Positions 7,919 through 17,121 of a stretch of DNA of 40,000 nucleotides are shown in pieces. The stretch comes from Aequorivita sp. Its GTDB lineage: Bacteria; Bacteroidota; Bacteroidia; Flavobacteriales; Flavobacteriaceae. Location of the stretch: the NCBI GenBank assembly GCA_034676445.1, contig JAUCCE010000002.1, positions 997,573 through 1,037,572 of the forward strand, read 5' to 3'. The position numbers and the translations under genes were made by a program. The notes under the pieces are model-generated. The model saw nothing but the letters and a program-made list of their open reading frames with translations. It ran no database searches and was not told the origin of the DNA. Position 1 is the stretch's first letter. Every line of letters begins with the position of its first letter.

Positions 7919-8031
7919 ACGCAATAGCGGGTAAGTGCAAAACCTGAAAGTATTTTATAAATCTAAGATCAGTTATAAACCGAAAAGTCAGTGCGTCAAT
8001 CCCGCTACTGCGTTTATACGAGACGTTGTAG
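7903..8031 (+). other. attC-like site, family C (129 bp)
   Basis: GGTGGCAAC 7901-7909 complements 7295 GTTGCCACC. Arms cataaacgcaatagcggg / cccgctactgcgtttata; R' GTTGTAG 8025-8031. Confidence 0.8.
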
Positions 8032-8043
8032 CACATTAAAAAA

Positions 8044-10167
8044 ATGAAAACAATACTCATAATACTAATTGTATTTGGAATGCAAAATGTATTCAGCCAA
8101 TCTGATACTTATAATTTAGGGTTTGAAAAAACAATAAGAGATAATACAATATCAGATTGGAAGAAAAAAAATGACGGTATAGATATAACGTTAGATTCCA
8201 TCACTAAATTTCAAGGAAAATATTCACTTAAAATAAGTTCCAACGATAAAAAAGACATTGGTATTTTAGGAATCGAAAATATAATCAATAAATCTTTTGA
8301 GGGAAAAGAAATTGAATTGAACGGTTATCTCAAATCTGAAAATATACAAAGCGCATATATTTATTTAATTGTTGGGGATGAAAAAAGTCAATTTTCATTT
8401 GCTATGAGTCCTACAATCTCTGGAACTACGGATTGGAAAAAACTCACCGTAAAAATCCCATATACCTCGGAATCTAACAAAATCACAATTGCTTGCAACA
8501 TCGACGGCTCTGGAAAAGTTTGGCTAGATAATTTGAGTTTAAAGATTGATAACACTAATATTAATGTACTAAAGTCAATAAAACAAAGCAGTGTTTTCGA
8601 TTCAGAATTTGCTTTAAATGAACTTTCCGAAAAAGAAGTAAATAAATTACAATTGCTAGGAAAATTGTGGGGTTTCTTAAAATATTATCATCCAAAAGTA
8701 GCAACTGGAGATTATGATTGGGACAAACAGTTATTTCAAATGTTGCCATTAATAAAAGAGGATGACTTCGATTCAAAATTGGAAGAATGGGTTGCATCAT
8801 TAGGAAATTTGCAAATTCAAATGACAATAAAAGCACATCAAAATATAAAATTTTCTTCAGATTTTAAATGGTTCAATAACAAGTTTATCACTCCAAATTT
8901 AAAGAATCAGTTAACGAGTATTACAAAAGCAAAAAGACCAGAAACTAATTATTATGTAAACATTCCTCAAGAAATACCTAGTCCAATATTTCAAAATGAA
9001 AAGATATACAGTACCATAAATTATAATGATGATGGCATAAAACTTTTGGCACTTTTCAGATATTGGAATTACATTGAATATTTTTATCCTTACAAATACT
9101 TGATTACCTCCGATTGGAATTCTGTTTTAAAAGAATTTATCCCAAAAATTCAAAAAGCTAAAAATGAAACAGAATACACACTTTGTCTTGCAGAACTGAT
9201 CGCAAGAACTGAAGACACGCATCACTTCATTATCCGAAACAAAATTCTTGAACAGTATTTCGGAGAGTTTAAAGTACCTATTTCAACGCAGTTTATTAAC
9301 AATGAACTTGTAATCCTAAATTCTTATTCCAAAAACTTAAAGGATGGAGATATCATTCAAAAAATAGACAGCCTATCCACAAAAACACTCAGAGAAAAAT
9401 ATATGAAATATTCTGTAGCTTCTAATTTACCCACAACGCTAAGAGAGGTTGCTAAAAAAATAATCCGAACCAATAGGGAAAATGTTGAGCTGACTATATT
9501 AAGGGATGGAATAGAATTTAAAACAACAGTCAATACTATTCCCTTTAACGAGCAATTCATAGGAATAAAATCTTCGGAGCAGATTAAAGAACTTACCCCC
9601 GATATTGGTTATTTAAATACTAAATATTTGAAGTTTGAAGATTATGATTCTATTTTTTATAAATGGCAAAATAAAAAGGCGATCATATTTGATCTGAGAA
9701 ATTATCCAAAGGAAAATTTTATCAAATTATTACCCTATCTTCACGAGAAGCCAATAAGTTTCTTCAGGTCCACCTCTACAAGTTTACAAAGACCCGGTTA
9801 TTTTTCCTTTGAACCAATAATAAATTTTGAAACAAAAAATGGATATCAGTTTAATGGAAAAATAATTGCACTTGTAAATAATGAATCGCAAAGTAAATCG
9901 GAATTTAATGCCCTCGCACTAAAATCTTATTCAAAATCAACAATTGTAGGAAATCAAACAGCAGGTACAGATGGTGATGTTACACAGATAGTATTGCCGG
10001 GAAATGTACAAACTGAAATGACAGGAATCGGTATTTATAAATTAGACAAAAGCGAAACACAAAAAGTGGGCATAAAACCTGATATTGTCATAAATCCAAC
10101 GGTAAAAGATATAAAAAATAATGAAGATGTTATTTTAGAAGCTGCAATTAGAGAAGCATCAGAATAA
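8044..10167 (+). CDS. S41-family (C-terminal processing/tail-specific type) peptidase, secreted, 707 aa, cassette 8
   Basis: Signal peptide MKTILIILIVFGMQNVFSQ. The C-terminal block IIALVNNESQSKSEFNALALK...TIVGNQTAGTDG...GIKPDIVI matches the S41 catalytic-domain pattern from memory. Confidence 0.75.
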   Translation: MKTILIILIVFGMQNVFSQSDTYNLGFEKTIRDNTISDWKKKNDGIDITLDSITKFQGKYSLKISSNDKKDIGILGIENIINKSFEGKEIELNGYLKSENIQSAYIYLIVGDEKSQFSFAMSPTISGTTDWKKLTVKIPYTSESNKITIACNIDGSGKVWLDNLSLKIDNTNINVLKSIKQSSVFDSEFALNELSEKEVNKLQLLGKLWGFLKYYHPKVATGDYDWDKQLFQMLPLIKEDDFDSKLEEWVASLGNLQIQMTIKAHQNIKFSSDFKWFNNKFITPNLKNQLTSITKAKRPETNYYVNIPQEIPSPIFQNEKIYSTINYNDDGIKLLALFRYWNYIEYFYPYKYLITSDWNSVLKEFIPKIQKAKNETEYTLCLAELIARTEDTHHFIIRNKILEQYFGEFKVPISTQFINNELVILNSYSKNLKDGDIIQKIDSLSTKTLREKYMKYSVASNLPTTLREVAKKIIRTNRENVELTILRDGIEFKTTVNTIPFNEQFIGIKSSEQIKELTPDIGYLNTKYLKFEDYDSIFYKWQNKKAIIFDLRNYPKENFIKLLPYLHEKPISFFRSTSTSLQRPGYFSFEPIINFETKNGYQFNGKIIALVNNESQSKSEFNALALKSYSKSTIVGNQTAGTDGDVTQIVLPGNVQTEMTGIGIYKLDKSETQKVGIKPDIVINPTVKDIKNNEDVILEAAIREASE

Positions 10168-10173
10168 AACGTG

Positions 10174-10369
10174 CTACAACAATGTATAAAAAAAATAGGG
10201 CAAGCAAGTGCTAAACTCGATGTTTCAGGCACATTTGCGAGGTCGCCAAATCTTTTGATTTGGCTTTAGAACAAAAATATAAAACAAAATGCAAAAGATT
10301 TGGCTTGTGGAAAATCCGAAAGGTGATTGCTTATTTACAGCCCTACTTCTTTTATACCAAACGTTAGCT
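10174..10369 (+). other. attC-like site, family A (A3)
   Basis: GTGCTACAAC 10171-10180 complements 8025 GTTGTAGCAC; R' GTTAGCT 10363-10369. Confidence 0.85.
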
Positions 10370-10397
10370 GCAAGGTAAAAAGACGAATAAATATAAA

Positions 10398-10916
10398 ATG
10401 AGTAACGAAACTCCAATGATAAACATTCTGACTTACCAACTTCCTTACAAGTTGACAAATCAGATATATAATGAATATCAAAGTCGACTCAAAGAAGCCA
10501 CCTATCTAATCGTGAATTACAAAACTTACAGCGCTTTAAGTCAACATATTAATACTGTCGAGCTATTTCTTTCTCTATCAATTTTCCATAAAAGAGTAAT
10601 AACTAACCTTGATGGAGCAGTTAAATTTTACGGTACGGTAACTAAAAAAGGACAAACGGACACAATTCAGATTGGTGGATATAAAATGACAGGAGATGAA
10701 AAGAATAAAATTCTTGCAGTTGTAATGAACTACAATCAACTACTTGAGAAATTTTCCATTCCGCCAGTAGTTATGGAATATTTCGAAACACGAGAGTTCT
10801 TGAAAAAATTGATTGTATATAAATCTGAAATTGATAATGACAACAACAACCAAAAACCAAAAGGGAAAAAAAGCAACAGAGACAACCAAGAAGACGACCT
10901 CGACATCCCCTTTTAA
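10398..10916 (+). CDS. hypothetical protein (172 aa), first gene of two-ORF cassette 9
   Basis: ATG ORF 35 nt after the cassette start. Acidic/basic low-complexity tail (NDNNNQKPKGKKSNRDNQEDD). No recognisable motif. Confidence 0.55.
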   Translation: MSNETPMINILTYQLPYKLTNQIYNEYQSRLKEATYLIVNYKTYSALSQHINTVELFLSLSIFHKRVITNLDGAVKFYGTVTKKGQTDTIQIGGYKMTGDEKNKILAVVMNYNQLLEKFSIPPVVMEYFETREFLKKLIVYKSEIDNDNNNQKPKGKKSNRDNQEDDLDIPF

Positions 10917-11643
10917 AAGTCATACGCAGTTTGAGAAAGAAATTAGAGAATTTGCAAATAAGTATAAAACTATTGTTGTTAATCAAGCAAAAAGAACAAG
11001 TGACTATTTCGAAATGACCTGCTACAATTATATCATAAGATTCTACGAAAACAATGGATATGACGTGTCAGTTGAAAATTTACAATCAGGTAAGTACAGG
11101 TATAAATGCTCTCCTTCAGGAATACAATCAAATTTTTCTCATTTTTTAGTTAGTAAAAAGGTAAAGAACAGAAGAAAGAATTTTGAAATACAACATAACG
11201 TTGCTATTCAAAGCTCACAAGATGATGAGATATTTACTACTCCTGACATAGCAATTATCAAAAAAGGAAAAGTAAAATATACCAAAGACTACTACGACAC
11301 CAAAACAACATTCTCGTATGTTGAAAACAAGAACTTAATTTCATTCTGTGAAGTAAAACAGTTTAATCCATTCCCTGAATTATTGTTCAATTTTATTGGA
11401 GTAGTAAATGAGCTGAAAAAGGAATATATGACTGATGAAGGTAAAGATGAATCACCGCCACATATTGCTCCAAGCTTGATGATATCAGGAAAGCCAAATA
11501 AACAAACTAAAAGAATTAGAGAATCACTCGAAAACAGGTACTGTATTAATATATTTTATGATTTGTTTTATAGTGCAACTTATACTTTTTCAAAGGGAAA
11601 TGTAAGTCAAATACGAAACACAGGAAAAAAACCCAGCAGCTAA
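10837..11643 (+). CDS. PD-(D/E)xK-type nuclease-like protein (268 aa from ATG 10837; alternative ATG 10813), second gene of cassette 9
   Basis: Motif series YFEM ... TPDIAIIKKG ... FCEVKQ fits E / PD / (D/E)xK restriction-endonuclease-like geometry. Overlaps the upstream ORF by 80-104 nt in the +1 frame. Stop TAA lies inside R'' GCTAAC. Confidence 0.55.
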   Translation: MTTTTKNQKGKKATETTKKTTSTSPFKSHTQFEKEIREFANKYKTIVVNQAKRTSDYFEMTCYNYIIRFYENNGYDVSVENLQSGKYRYKCSPSGIQSNFSHFLVSKKVKNRRKNFEIQHNVAIQSSQDDEIFTTPDIAIIKKGKVKYTKDYYDTKTTFSYVENKNLISFCEVKQFNPFPELLFNFIGVVNELKKEYMTDEGKDESPPHIAPSLMISGKPNKQTKRIRESLENRYCINIFYDLFYSATYTFSKGNVSQIRNTGKKPSS

Positions 11644-11769
11644 CAATGTATATAAAAAATAGGCGAAATAGTAGTAAATTCAAGGGTTTTGAACTCGTAT
11701 CAAACTTTGTGCTTAACCGAAAGTTTTGTGCTTCGAAATCGCCTACTTTTCATATACTAACCGTTGCCT
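11638..11769 (+). other. attC-like site, family D (D1, 132 bp)
   Basis: GCAGCTAAC 11636-11644 complements 10363 GTTAGCTGC. Arms tatataaaaaataggcga / tcgcctacttttcatata; R' GTTGCCT 11763-11769. Confidence 0.85.
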
Positions 11770-12069
11770 GTCATTTAAGGAGATAAGATCATAAAGAAAA
11801 ATGTACGTTTTTTTCGTTTTTTTTCGGACACTTGAGCGGATCTGAACAACATAGCGGAATCGAGTAAAAAGACTTCCAATCAATACGCAAGCAACGGCGG
11901 AATCGGTCCGATGCCTTGAGCAACAGAGCGGAGCAACGCCGAAACTTTAGCTCGGTTGCGGAATTTCGGGAAAGAGAATAAAATTTCGGAAACCCACTGA
12001 CAAAGTCGGCTTCCAATGACCAAGCAGTTACTGTGCGGAACAATGATGGAAACAGCGCACAAAAACGCC

Positions 12070-12258
12070 AGGCAACATCGGTTATAAGCAATGCGGGATA
12101 AACGCTTAATCCAAAAGCAGTTGTATATTTGCGATGCCGCCAAAATTTCATTTTGACGACAACAGAAAAATAAAGTAAAAAATAAAATTTTGGCTTATTG
12201 CGAGCTCGAAAATGATTGCATTTTTGCCCCGCACTGCCCATAACCCAGCCCGTTGCCT
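12070..12258 (+). other. attC-like site, family B variant (B5)
   Basis: CAGGCAAC 12069-12076 complements 11763 GTTGCCTG; R' GTTGCCT 12252-12258. Confidence 0.85.
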
Positions 12259-12558
12259 GTCATTTAAGGAGATAAGATCATAAAGAAAAATGTACGTTTT
12301 TTTCGTTTTTTTTCGGACACTTGAGCGGATCTGAACAACATAGCGGAATCGAGTAAAAAGACTTCCAATCAATACGCAAGCAACGGCGGAATCGGTCCGA
12401 TGCCTTGAGCAACAGAGCGGAGCAACGCCGAAACTTTAGCTCGGTTGCGGAATTTCGGGAAAGAGAATAAAATTTCGGAAACCCACTGACAAAGTCGGCT
12501 TCCAATGACCAAGCAGTTACTGTGCGGAACAATGATGGAAACAGCGCACAAAAACGCC

Positions 12559-12747
12559 AGGCAACATCGGTTATAAGCAATGCGGGATAAACGCTTAATC
12601 CAAAAGCAGTTGTATATTTGCGATGCCGCCAAAATTTCATTTTGACGACAACAGAAAAATAAAGTAAAAAATAAAATTTTGGCTTATTGCGAGCTCGAAA
12701 ATGATTGCATTTTTGCCCCGCACTGCCCATAACCCAGCCCGTTGCCT
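12559..12747 (+). other. attC-like site, family B variant (B6)
   Basis: Identical to B5, shifted by 489 bp. Confidence 0.85.
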
Positions 12748-13047
12748 GTCATTTAAGGAGATAAGATCATAAAGAAAAATGTACGTTTTTTTCAATTTTT
12801 TTCGGACACTTAAGCGGATCTGAACAACTTAGCGGAATCGAGTAAAAAGACTTCCAATCAATACGCAAGCAACGTCGGAATCGGTCCGATGCCTTGAGCA
12901 ACAGAGCGGAGCAACGCCGAAACTTTAGCTCGGTTGCGGAATTTCGGGAAAGAGAATAAAATTTCGGAAACCCACTGACAAAGTCGGATTCCAATGACCA
13001 AGCAGTTACTGTGCGGAACAATGATGGAGACAGCGCACAAAAACGCC

Positions 13048-13236
13048 AGGCAACATCGGTTATAAGCAATGCGGGATAAATGCTTAATCCAATAGCAGTC
13101 GTATATTTGCGATGCCGCCAAAATTTCATTTTGGCTACAATAAAAAAATAAAGTAAAAAATAAAATTTTGGCTTATTGCGAGTCCGATGATGATTGCATT
13201 TTTGCCCCGCACTGCCCATAACCCAGCCCGTTATAG
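13048..13236 (+). other. attC-like site, family B variant (B7)
   Basis: R'' AGGCAAC 13048-13054 and R' GTTATAG 13230-13236. Confidence 0.85.
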
Positions 13237-13239
13237 CCA

Positions 13240-14439
13240 ATGCAAAAACAAACAATGAACAACAAGAATATACTAATATCAGGTGCAGGAATAGCAGGAG
13301 TAACGCTTGCATTTTGGTTAAAAAAATTTGGTTTCAATCCAACTATAATTGAGATTTCACCCACTTTGCGTGAAGGTGGTTATGCAATAGATTTTATGGG
13401 CGCAGGGTTTGACGTAGCCGAGAAAATGAACATTATTTCTGATTTAGAAAAAGCTGACCTTAACATTTCAAATGTCGCATTTGTGGACAAAGACAATAAT
13501 GAAAAAGGTAGTATGAATTATCAAAAAATTAAGAAAGTGCTTAAAAATAGAGCATTCACCATACTTCGTAGCGACCTAGCAAAAATTATCTATAAAAGTC
13601 TTGACAAAGAAACCGAATTTATTTTTGGAGACACTATAAAAAAAATTGAACAAGATGAAGAAAAAGTATTGGTAACAATGAAAATTGGTTTAACGCGTAC
13701 ATTTGACTTGCTTGTAGGCGCAGACGGTTTGCATTCTATTGTTAGGAAATTAATTTTTGGCGATGAATCTCAATTTGAAAAATATTATGGGTATTATACT
13801 TCTTCTTTTACCATAGACAATTTTGCAAAAAAAGGAAGAGCGTTTTCAATGTTTAATGTACCCAACAAACAAGTGGCAGTCTATTCCATTAAAGAAGAAA
13901 AAGTAGCATCATTTTTCATTTTTACATCAGCAGAAAAATTGGATTATGAGCATCACGACATTGAAAAGCAAAAGCAAATACTGAAGAACGAATTTTTGAA
14001 TGTAGGTTGGAAATGTAATGACTTACTTTCAAAAATTGACACCACTACAGATTTCTATTTTGACTCAATAAGCCAAATAAAAATGGAACAATGGAGCAAA
14101 GGACGTGTTTCTTTGGTAGGAGATGCTTGCTACTGTCCATCGTTATTATCAGGAAAAGGTTCGACATTGGCAATGGTAGGTGCTTATATTCTTGCAGGAG
14201 AATTAAAACTTGCAAATGGAAACTACAAAACAGCTTTTGAAGAATATGAAAAATTGTTGAAACCATTTATGGAAAAGAAACAAAAATCAGCTCAATCCTT
14301 TGCCAAATCATTTGTTCCAAAAAGCAATTTTGGCATTTGGTTGAGGAATCAAGCATTCAAATTAATGTCTTTCCCCCTTTTAACTAATATATTATTCAAT
14401 CAGTTTAAAGACAAGGGACTAAATTTAAAAGAGTATTGA
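13240..14439 (+). CDS. FAD-dependent (class A flavoprotein) monooxygenase, 399 aa, cassette 13
   Basis: N-terminal Rossmann GxGxxG (ILISGAGIAGVTLAF), ADG motif (LLVGADGLHSIVR), C-terminal GD motif (VSLVGDACYCPSLLSGKGSTLAM). The ATG overlaps the R' flank; alternative ATG at 13255. Confidence 0.85.
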   Translation: MQKQTMNNKNILISGAGIAGVTLAFWLKKFGFNPTIIEISPTLREGGYAIDFMGAGFDVAEKMNIISDLEKADLNISNVAFVDKDNNEKGSMNYQKIKKVLKNRAFTILRSDLAKIIYKSLDKETEFIFGDTIKKIEQDEEKVLVTMKIGLTRTFDLLVGADGLHSIVRKLIFGDESQFEKYYGYYTSSFTIDNFAKKGRAFSMFNVPNKQVAVYSIKEEKVASFFIFTSAEKLDYEHHDIEKQKQILKNEFLNVGWKCNDLLSKIDTTTDFYFDSISQIKMEQWSKGRVSLVGDACYCPSLLSGKGSTLAMVGAYILAGELKLANGNYKTAFEEYEKLLKPFMEKKQKSAQSFAKSFVPKSNFGIWLRNQAFKLMSFPLLTNILFNQFKDKGLNLKEY

Positions 14440-14454
14440 CAAAAAGAGCACTGG

Positions 14455-14585
14455 CTATAACAATGTATATAAAAAATAGGCGAGATAGTACTAAAATCCA
14501 GGGCTGTGGCTCGTATCAAAGTTGGTGGTTAATTGAAAGTTTTGTGCTTCGTAATCGCCTACTTTTCATATACTAACCGTTACCT
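14455..14585 (+). other. attC-like site, family D (D2)
   Basis: TGGCTATAAC 14452-14461 complements 13230 GTTATAGCCA; R' GTTACCT 14579-14585. Confidence 0.85.
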
Positions 14586-14656
14586 GCAAGCTGAAGAAAC
14601 CAGATAACATTTGAAAAAATTGTACCTTTACGTAAGTCAATAGTGATAAATAAAAT

Positions 14657-15493
14657 ATGGCAAAAAAGAACCAATCAAAAAGATTAACGACTCAACACAA
14701 AAAGTCTAAAGGAGTTATAGGAATATTTGGAGATATAGCAAAATTACACGACTTAAACGTTGGAACAATATCAAAACTTGTCATTGAACAACTTGAAAAA
14801 GAATATCCTCAATTAACCTTTCGTTACAGGAAAAATATTAGAAAAGAAGAGATCAACAAAGCTTTACAAAAAATAGATGAAGATTTAGGACAGACTCTTT
14901 TCGTCTCAAATTCAAGTATAAGACCTGATGGTGGAATAATTGAAGTCAAAGATGATGATGACAATTGGAGAATAATTTTGGTAACAGAAGCAAAACATCA
15001 GGGAAAAGACATTGATAATATTCTAAAAGGAAATTTAGTAGGGACATCCAATAATCAAGATTTAATGGCTGCTGGAAATGCAATAGAAAGGTCACATAAA
15101 AACATATCTGAAATTGCGAATTTTATGCTATCAGAATCTCATTTCCCGTATGTTCTATTTCTTGAAGGTTCAAATTTTCTAACTGAAACCATTTCAATTG
15201 AAAGACCTGACGGAAGAATTGTAAAACTTGAATATAATTCTGGAATATTAAATAGAATGGATAGGCTGACTTCCGCAAACTATGGAATGCCGATTAATAC
15301 AAACTTATGTGAAAATAAGTTTGTCAAACCTAAAGATAAAACAATTATGCTTCAAGCAACTTCCATTTATACACAAGGTAAAGGTGGGAAATGGGATGCA
15401 AAAGAAATGCTCGATATTATGATTGAGGTTTCTAAAACATCTCTTAAAGTTTTAGGAAGTGATATATTTAAACAAATAACAGAAAATAAATAA
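14657..15493 (+). CDS. type II restriction endonuclease, EcoRI family
   Basis: Collinear with my recollection of R.EcoRI along the full length: GVIGIFGD, LFVSNSSIRPDGGIIEVKDD, TEAKHQGKD (PD...EAK centre), MAAGNAIERSHKNISEIANFMLSESHFPYVLFLEGSNFLTE, NSGILNRMDRLT. Confidence 0.9.
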   Translation: MAKKNQSKRLTTQHKKSKGVIGIFGDIAKLHDLNVGTISKLVIEQLEKEYPQLTFRYRKNIRKEEINKALQKIDEDLGQTLFVSNSSIRPDGGIIEVKDDDDNWRIILVTEAKHQGKDIDNILKGNLVGTSNNQDLMAAGNAIERSHKNISEIANFMLSESHFPYVLFLEGSNFLTETISIERPDGRIVKLEYNSGILNRMDRLTSANYGMPINTNLCENKFVKPKDKTIMLQATSIYTQGKGGKWDAKEMLDIMIEVSKTSLKVLGSDIFKQITENK

Positions 15494-15502
15494 GAATTAT
15501 TA

Positions 15503-16597
15503 ATGGCAAGAAAAGCAACAAATAAATTATTACAAAAAGCTAAAAAATCAAAAAGTGATGAGTTTTACACTCAACTTTCTGATATAGAAAGTGAATTGCA
15601 ACATTACAAAAGCCATTTTAAAAACAAAGTGGTTTATTGTAATTGCGATGACCCTTCAATTAGCAATTTCTTTAATTATTTTGCTTCAAACTTCAAGGAA
15701 TTAGGACTAAAGAAATTAATAGCTTCCTGTTACAGAAAGCAAGAAATAGACTTGTTTAACACAGAAAAAACTGAAAATGGTTTTTATTATGAGTACACAG
15801 GTACAGAAAAAGAACACATTAAACTAAGCTCAACAGACATAATCCATTTTAAAGGAGATGGAGATTTTCGAAGTGCAGAAAGTATCGAACTACTAAAACA
15901 AGCAGACATTGTAGTTACAAATCCACCATTTTCACTTTTCAGAGAATACGTTGCCCAACTCATAGAATACGACAAAAAATTTTTAACAATCGGTAACATT
16001 AACGCAATTACATATAAAGAAATTTTTAAACTAATAAAAGAAAACAATGCGTGGTTGGGAATAAATCTTGGTAGAGGCATTTCGGGTTTTATAGTTCCAG
16101 AACATTACGAACTTTATGGTACTGAAGCCAGAATTGACAGCTTTGGGAATAGAATTATTTCACCAAACAATTGTCTATGGCTTACTAATTTAGACACTTC
16201 TAAACGACACGAAGATATAGTTCTTACAAAAAGATATTATGGAAACGAAATAGAATATCCTGAATATGACAACTACAATGGTATAAATGTCAATAAGACT
16301 AAAAACATTCCATTAGATTATAAAGGTTTTATGGGAGTTCCTATAACATTTTTACATAAGTTCAATCCTGACCAATTTGAAATAATTAAATTCAGAAAAG
16401 GAAATGATGGGAAAGATTTGTCGATAAATGGAAAATGTCCATATTTTAGGATTTTAATTAGAAATAAACGAATACAATCGAAATTAATTGAGAAAGAACA
16501 AAGCCAGCAGGTAACAATGTATAAAAATAATAGCGGCATTAGTGCTAAATCCAAAGTAAACGAGTCCAAAAAAAGTCTGTACTTAACTGAAAAATAG
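15503..16597 (+). CDS. N6-adenine DNA methyltransferase, M.EcoRI family
   Basis: MARKATNKLLQKAKKSKSDEFYTQ, VVYCNCDDP, IVVTNPPFSLFREY (NPPF motif), GFIVPEHYELYGTEARID... match M.EcoRI from memory. The last ~90 nt of the ORF run through attC F (R'' at 16509). Confidence 0.9.
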   Translation: MARKATNKLLQKAKKSKSDEFYTQLSDIESELQHYKSHFKNKVVYCNCDDPSISNFFNYFASNFKELGLKKLIASCYRKQEIDLFNTEKTENGFYYEYTGTEKEHIKLSSTDIIHFKGDGDFRSAESIELLKQADIVVTNPPFSLFREYVAQLIEYDKKFLTIGNINAITYKEIFKLIKENNAWLGINLGRGISGFIVPEHYELYGTEARIDSFGNRIISPNNCLWLTNLDTSKRHEDIVLTKRYYGNEIEYPEYDNYNGINVNKTKNIPLDYKGFMGVPITFLHKFNPDQFEIIKFRKGNDGKDLSINGKCPYFRILIRNKRIQSKLIEKEQSQQVTMYKNNSGISAKSKVNESKKSLYLTEK

Positions 16598-16638
16598 TGC
16601 ATTTTAACCCGCTACTATTCTTATACTAAACGTTGCCT
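16509..16638 (+). other. attC-like site, family F (130 bp)
   Basis: GCAGGTAAC 16507-16515 complements 14579 GTTACCTGC. Arms tataaaaataatagcgg / cccgctactattcttata; R' GTTGCCT 16632-16638. Confidence 0.8.
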
Positions 16639-17121
16639 GTCATTTAAGGAGATAAGATCATAAAGAAAAATGTACGTTTTTTTCGTTTTTTTTCGGACAC
16701 TTGAGCGGATCTGAACAACATAGCGGAATCGAGTAAAAAGACTTCCAATCAATACGCAAGCAACGGCGGAATCGGTCCGATGCCTTGAGCAACAGAGCGG
16801 AGCAACGCCGAAACTTTAGCTCGGTTGCGGAATTTCGGGAAAGAGAATAAAATTTCGGAAACCCACTGACAAAGTCGGCTTCCAATGACCAAGCAGTTAC
16901 TGTGCGGAACAATGATGGAAACAGCGCACAAAAACGCCAGGCAACATCGGTTATAAGCAATGCGGGATAAACGCTTAATCCAAAAGCAGTTGTATATTTG
17001 CGATGCCGCCAAAATTTCATTTTGACGACAACAGAAAAATAAAGTAAAAAATAAAATTTTGGCTTATTGCGAGCTCGAAAATGATTGCATTTTTGCCCCG
17101 CACTGCCCATAACCCAGCCCG
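16633..17121 (+). repeat. fourth (dispersed) copy of the 489-bp ORF-less cassette X + attC unit
   Basis: Same minus-strand ORF translations as copies 1 and 2; R' to R' distance 16632 to 17121 is 489 bp. Confidence 0.9.

Larger units (their letters stand above)
11764..13232 (+). repeat. three tandem copies of a 489-bp unit (ORF-less cassette X + family B attC)
   Basis: R' GTT at 11763, 12252, 12741 and 13230, an exact 489-bp period. Copies 1 and 2 give identical minus-strand ORF translations in the track; copy 3 carries several substitutions. Confidence 0.9.

Noticed and set aside
11764-13232. Regular 489-bp tandem periodicity considered as a CRISPR-like array.
   Set aside because: The units are far too long and there is no short-repeat/unique-spacer alternation. 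Each unit is a complete cassette plus attC-like site bounded by G|TT cores.
11789-13312. Minus-strand ORFs of 150, 87 and 181 aa, with equivalents at 16658-17128 and 6927-7136, inside the ORF-less cassette X copies.
   Set aside because: They initiate inside the attC palindromes. They have odd Cys/Arg/Phe-rich composition. The conserved sequence falls into different frames in the diverged copy (a 1-nt indel), so conservation is at nucleotide level rather than protein level.
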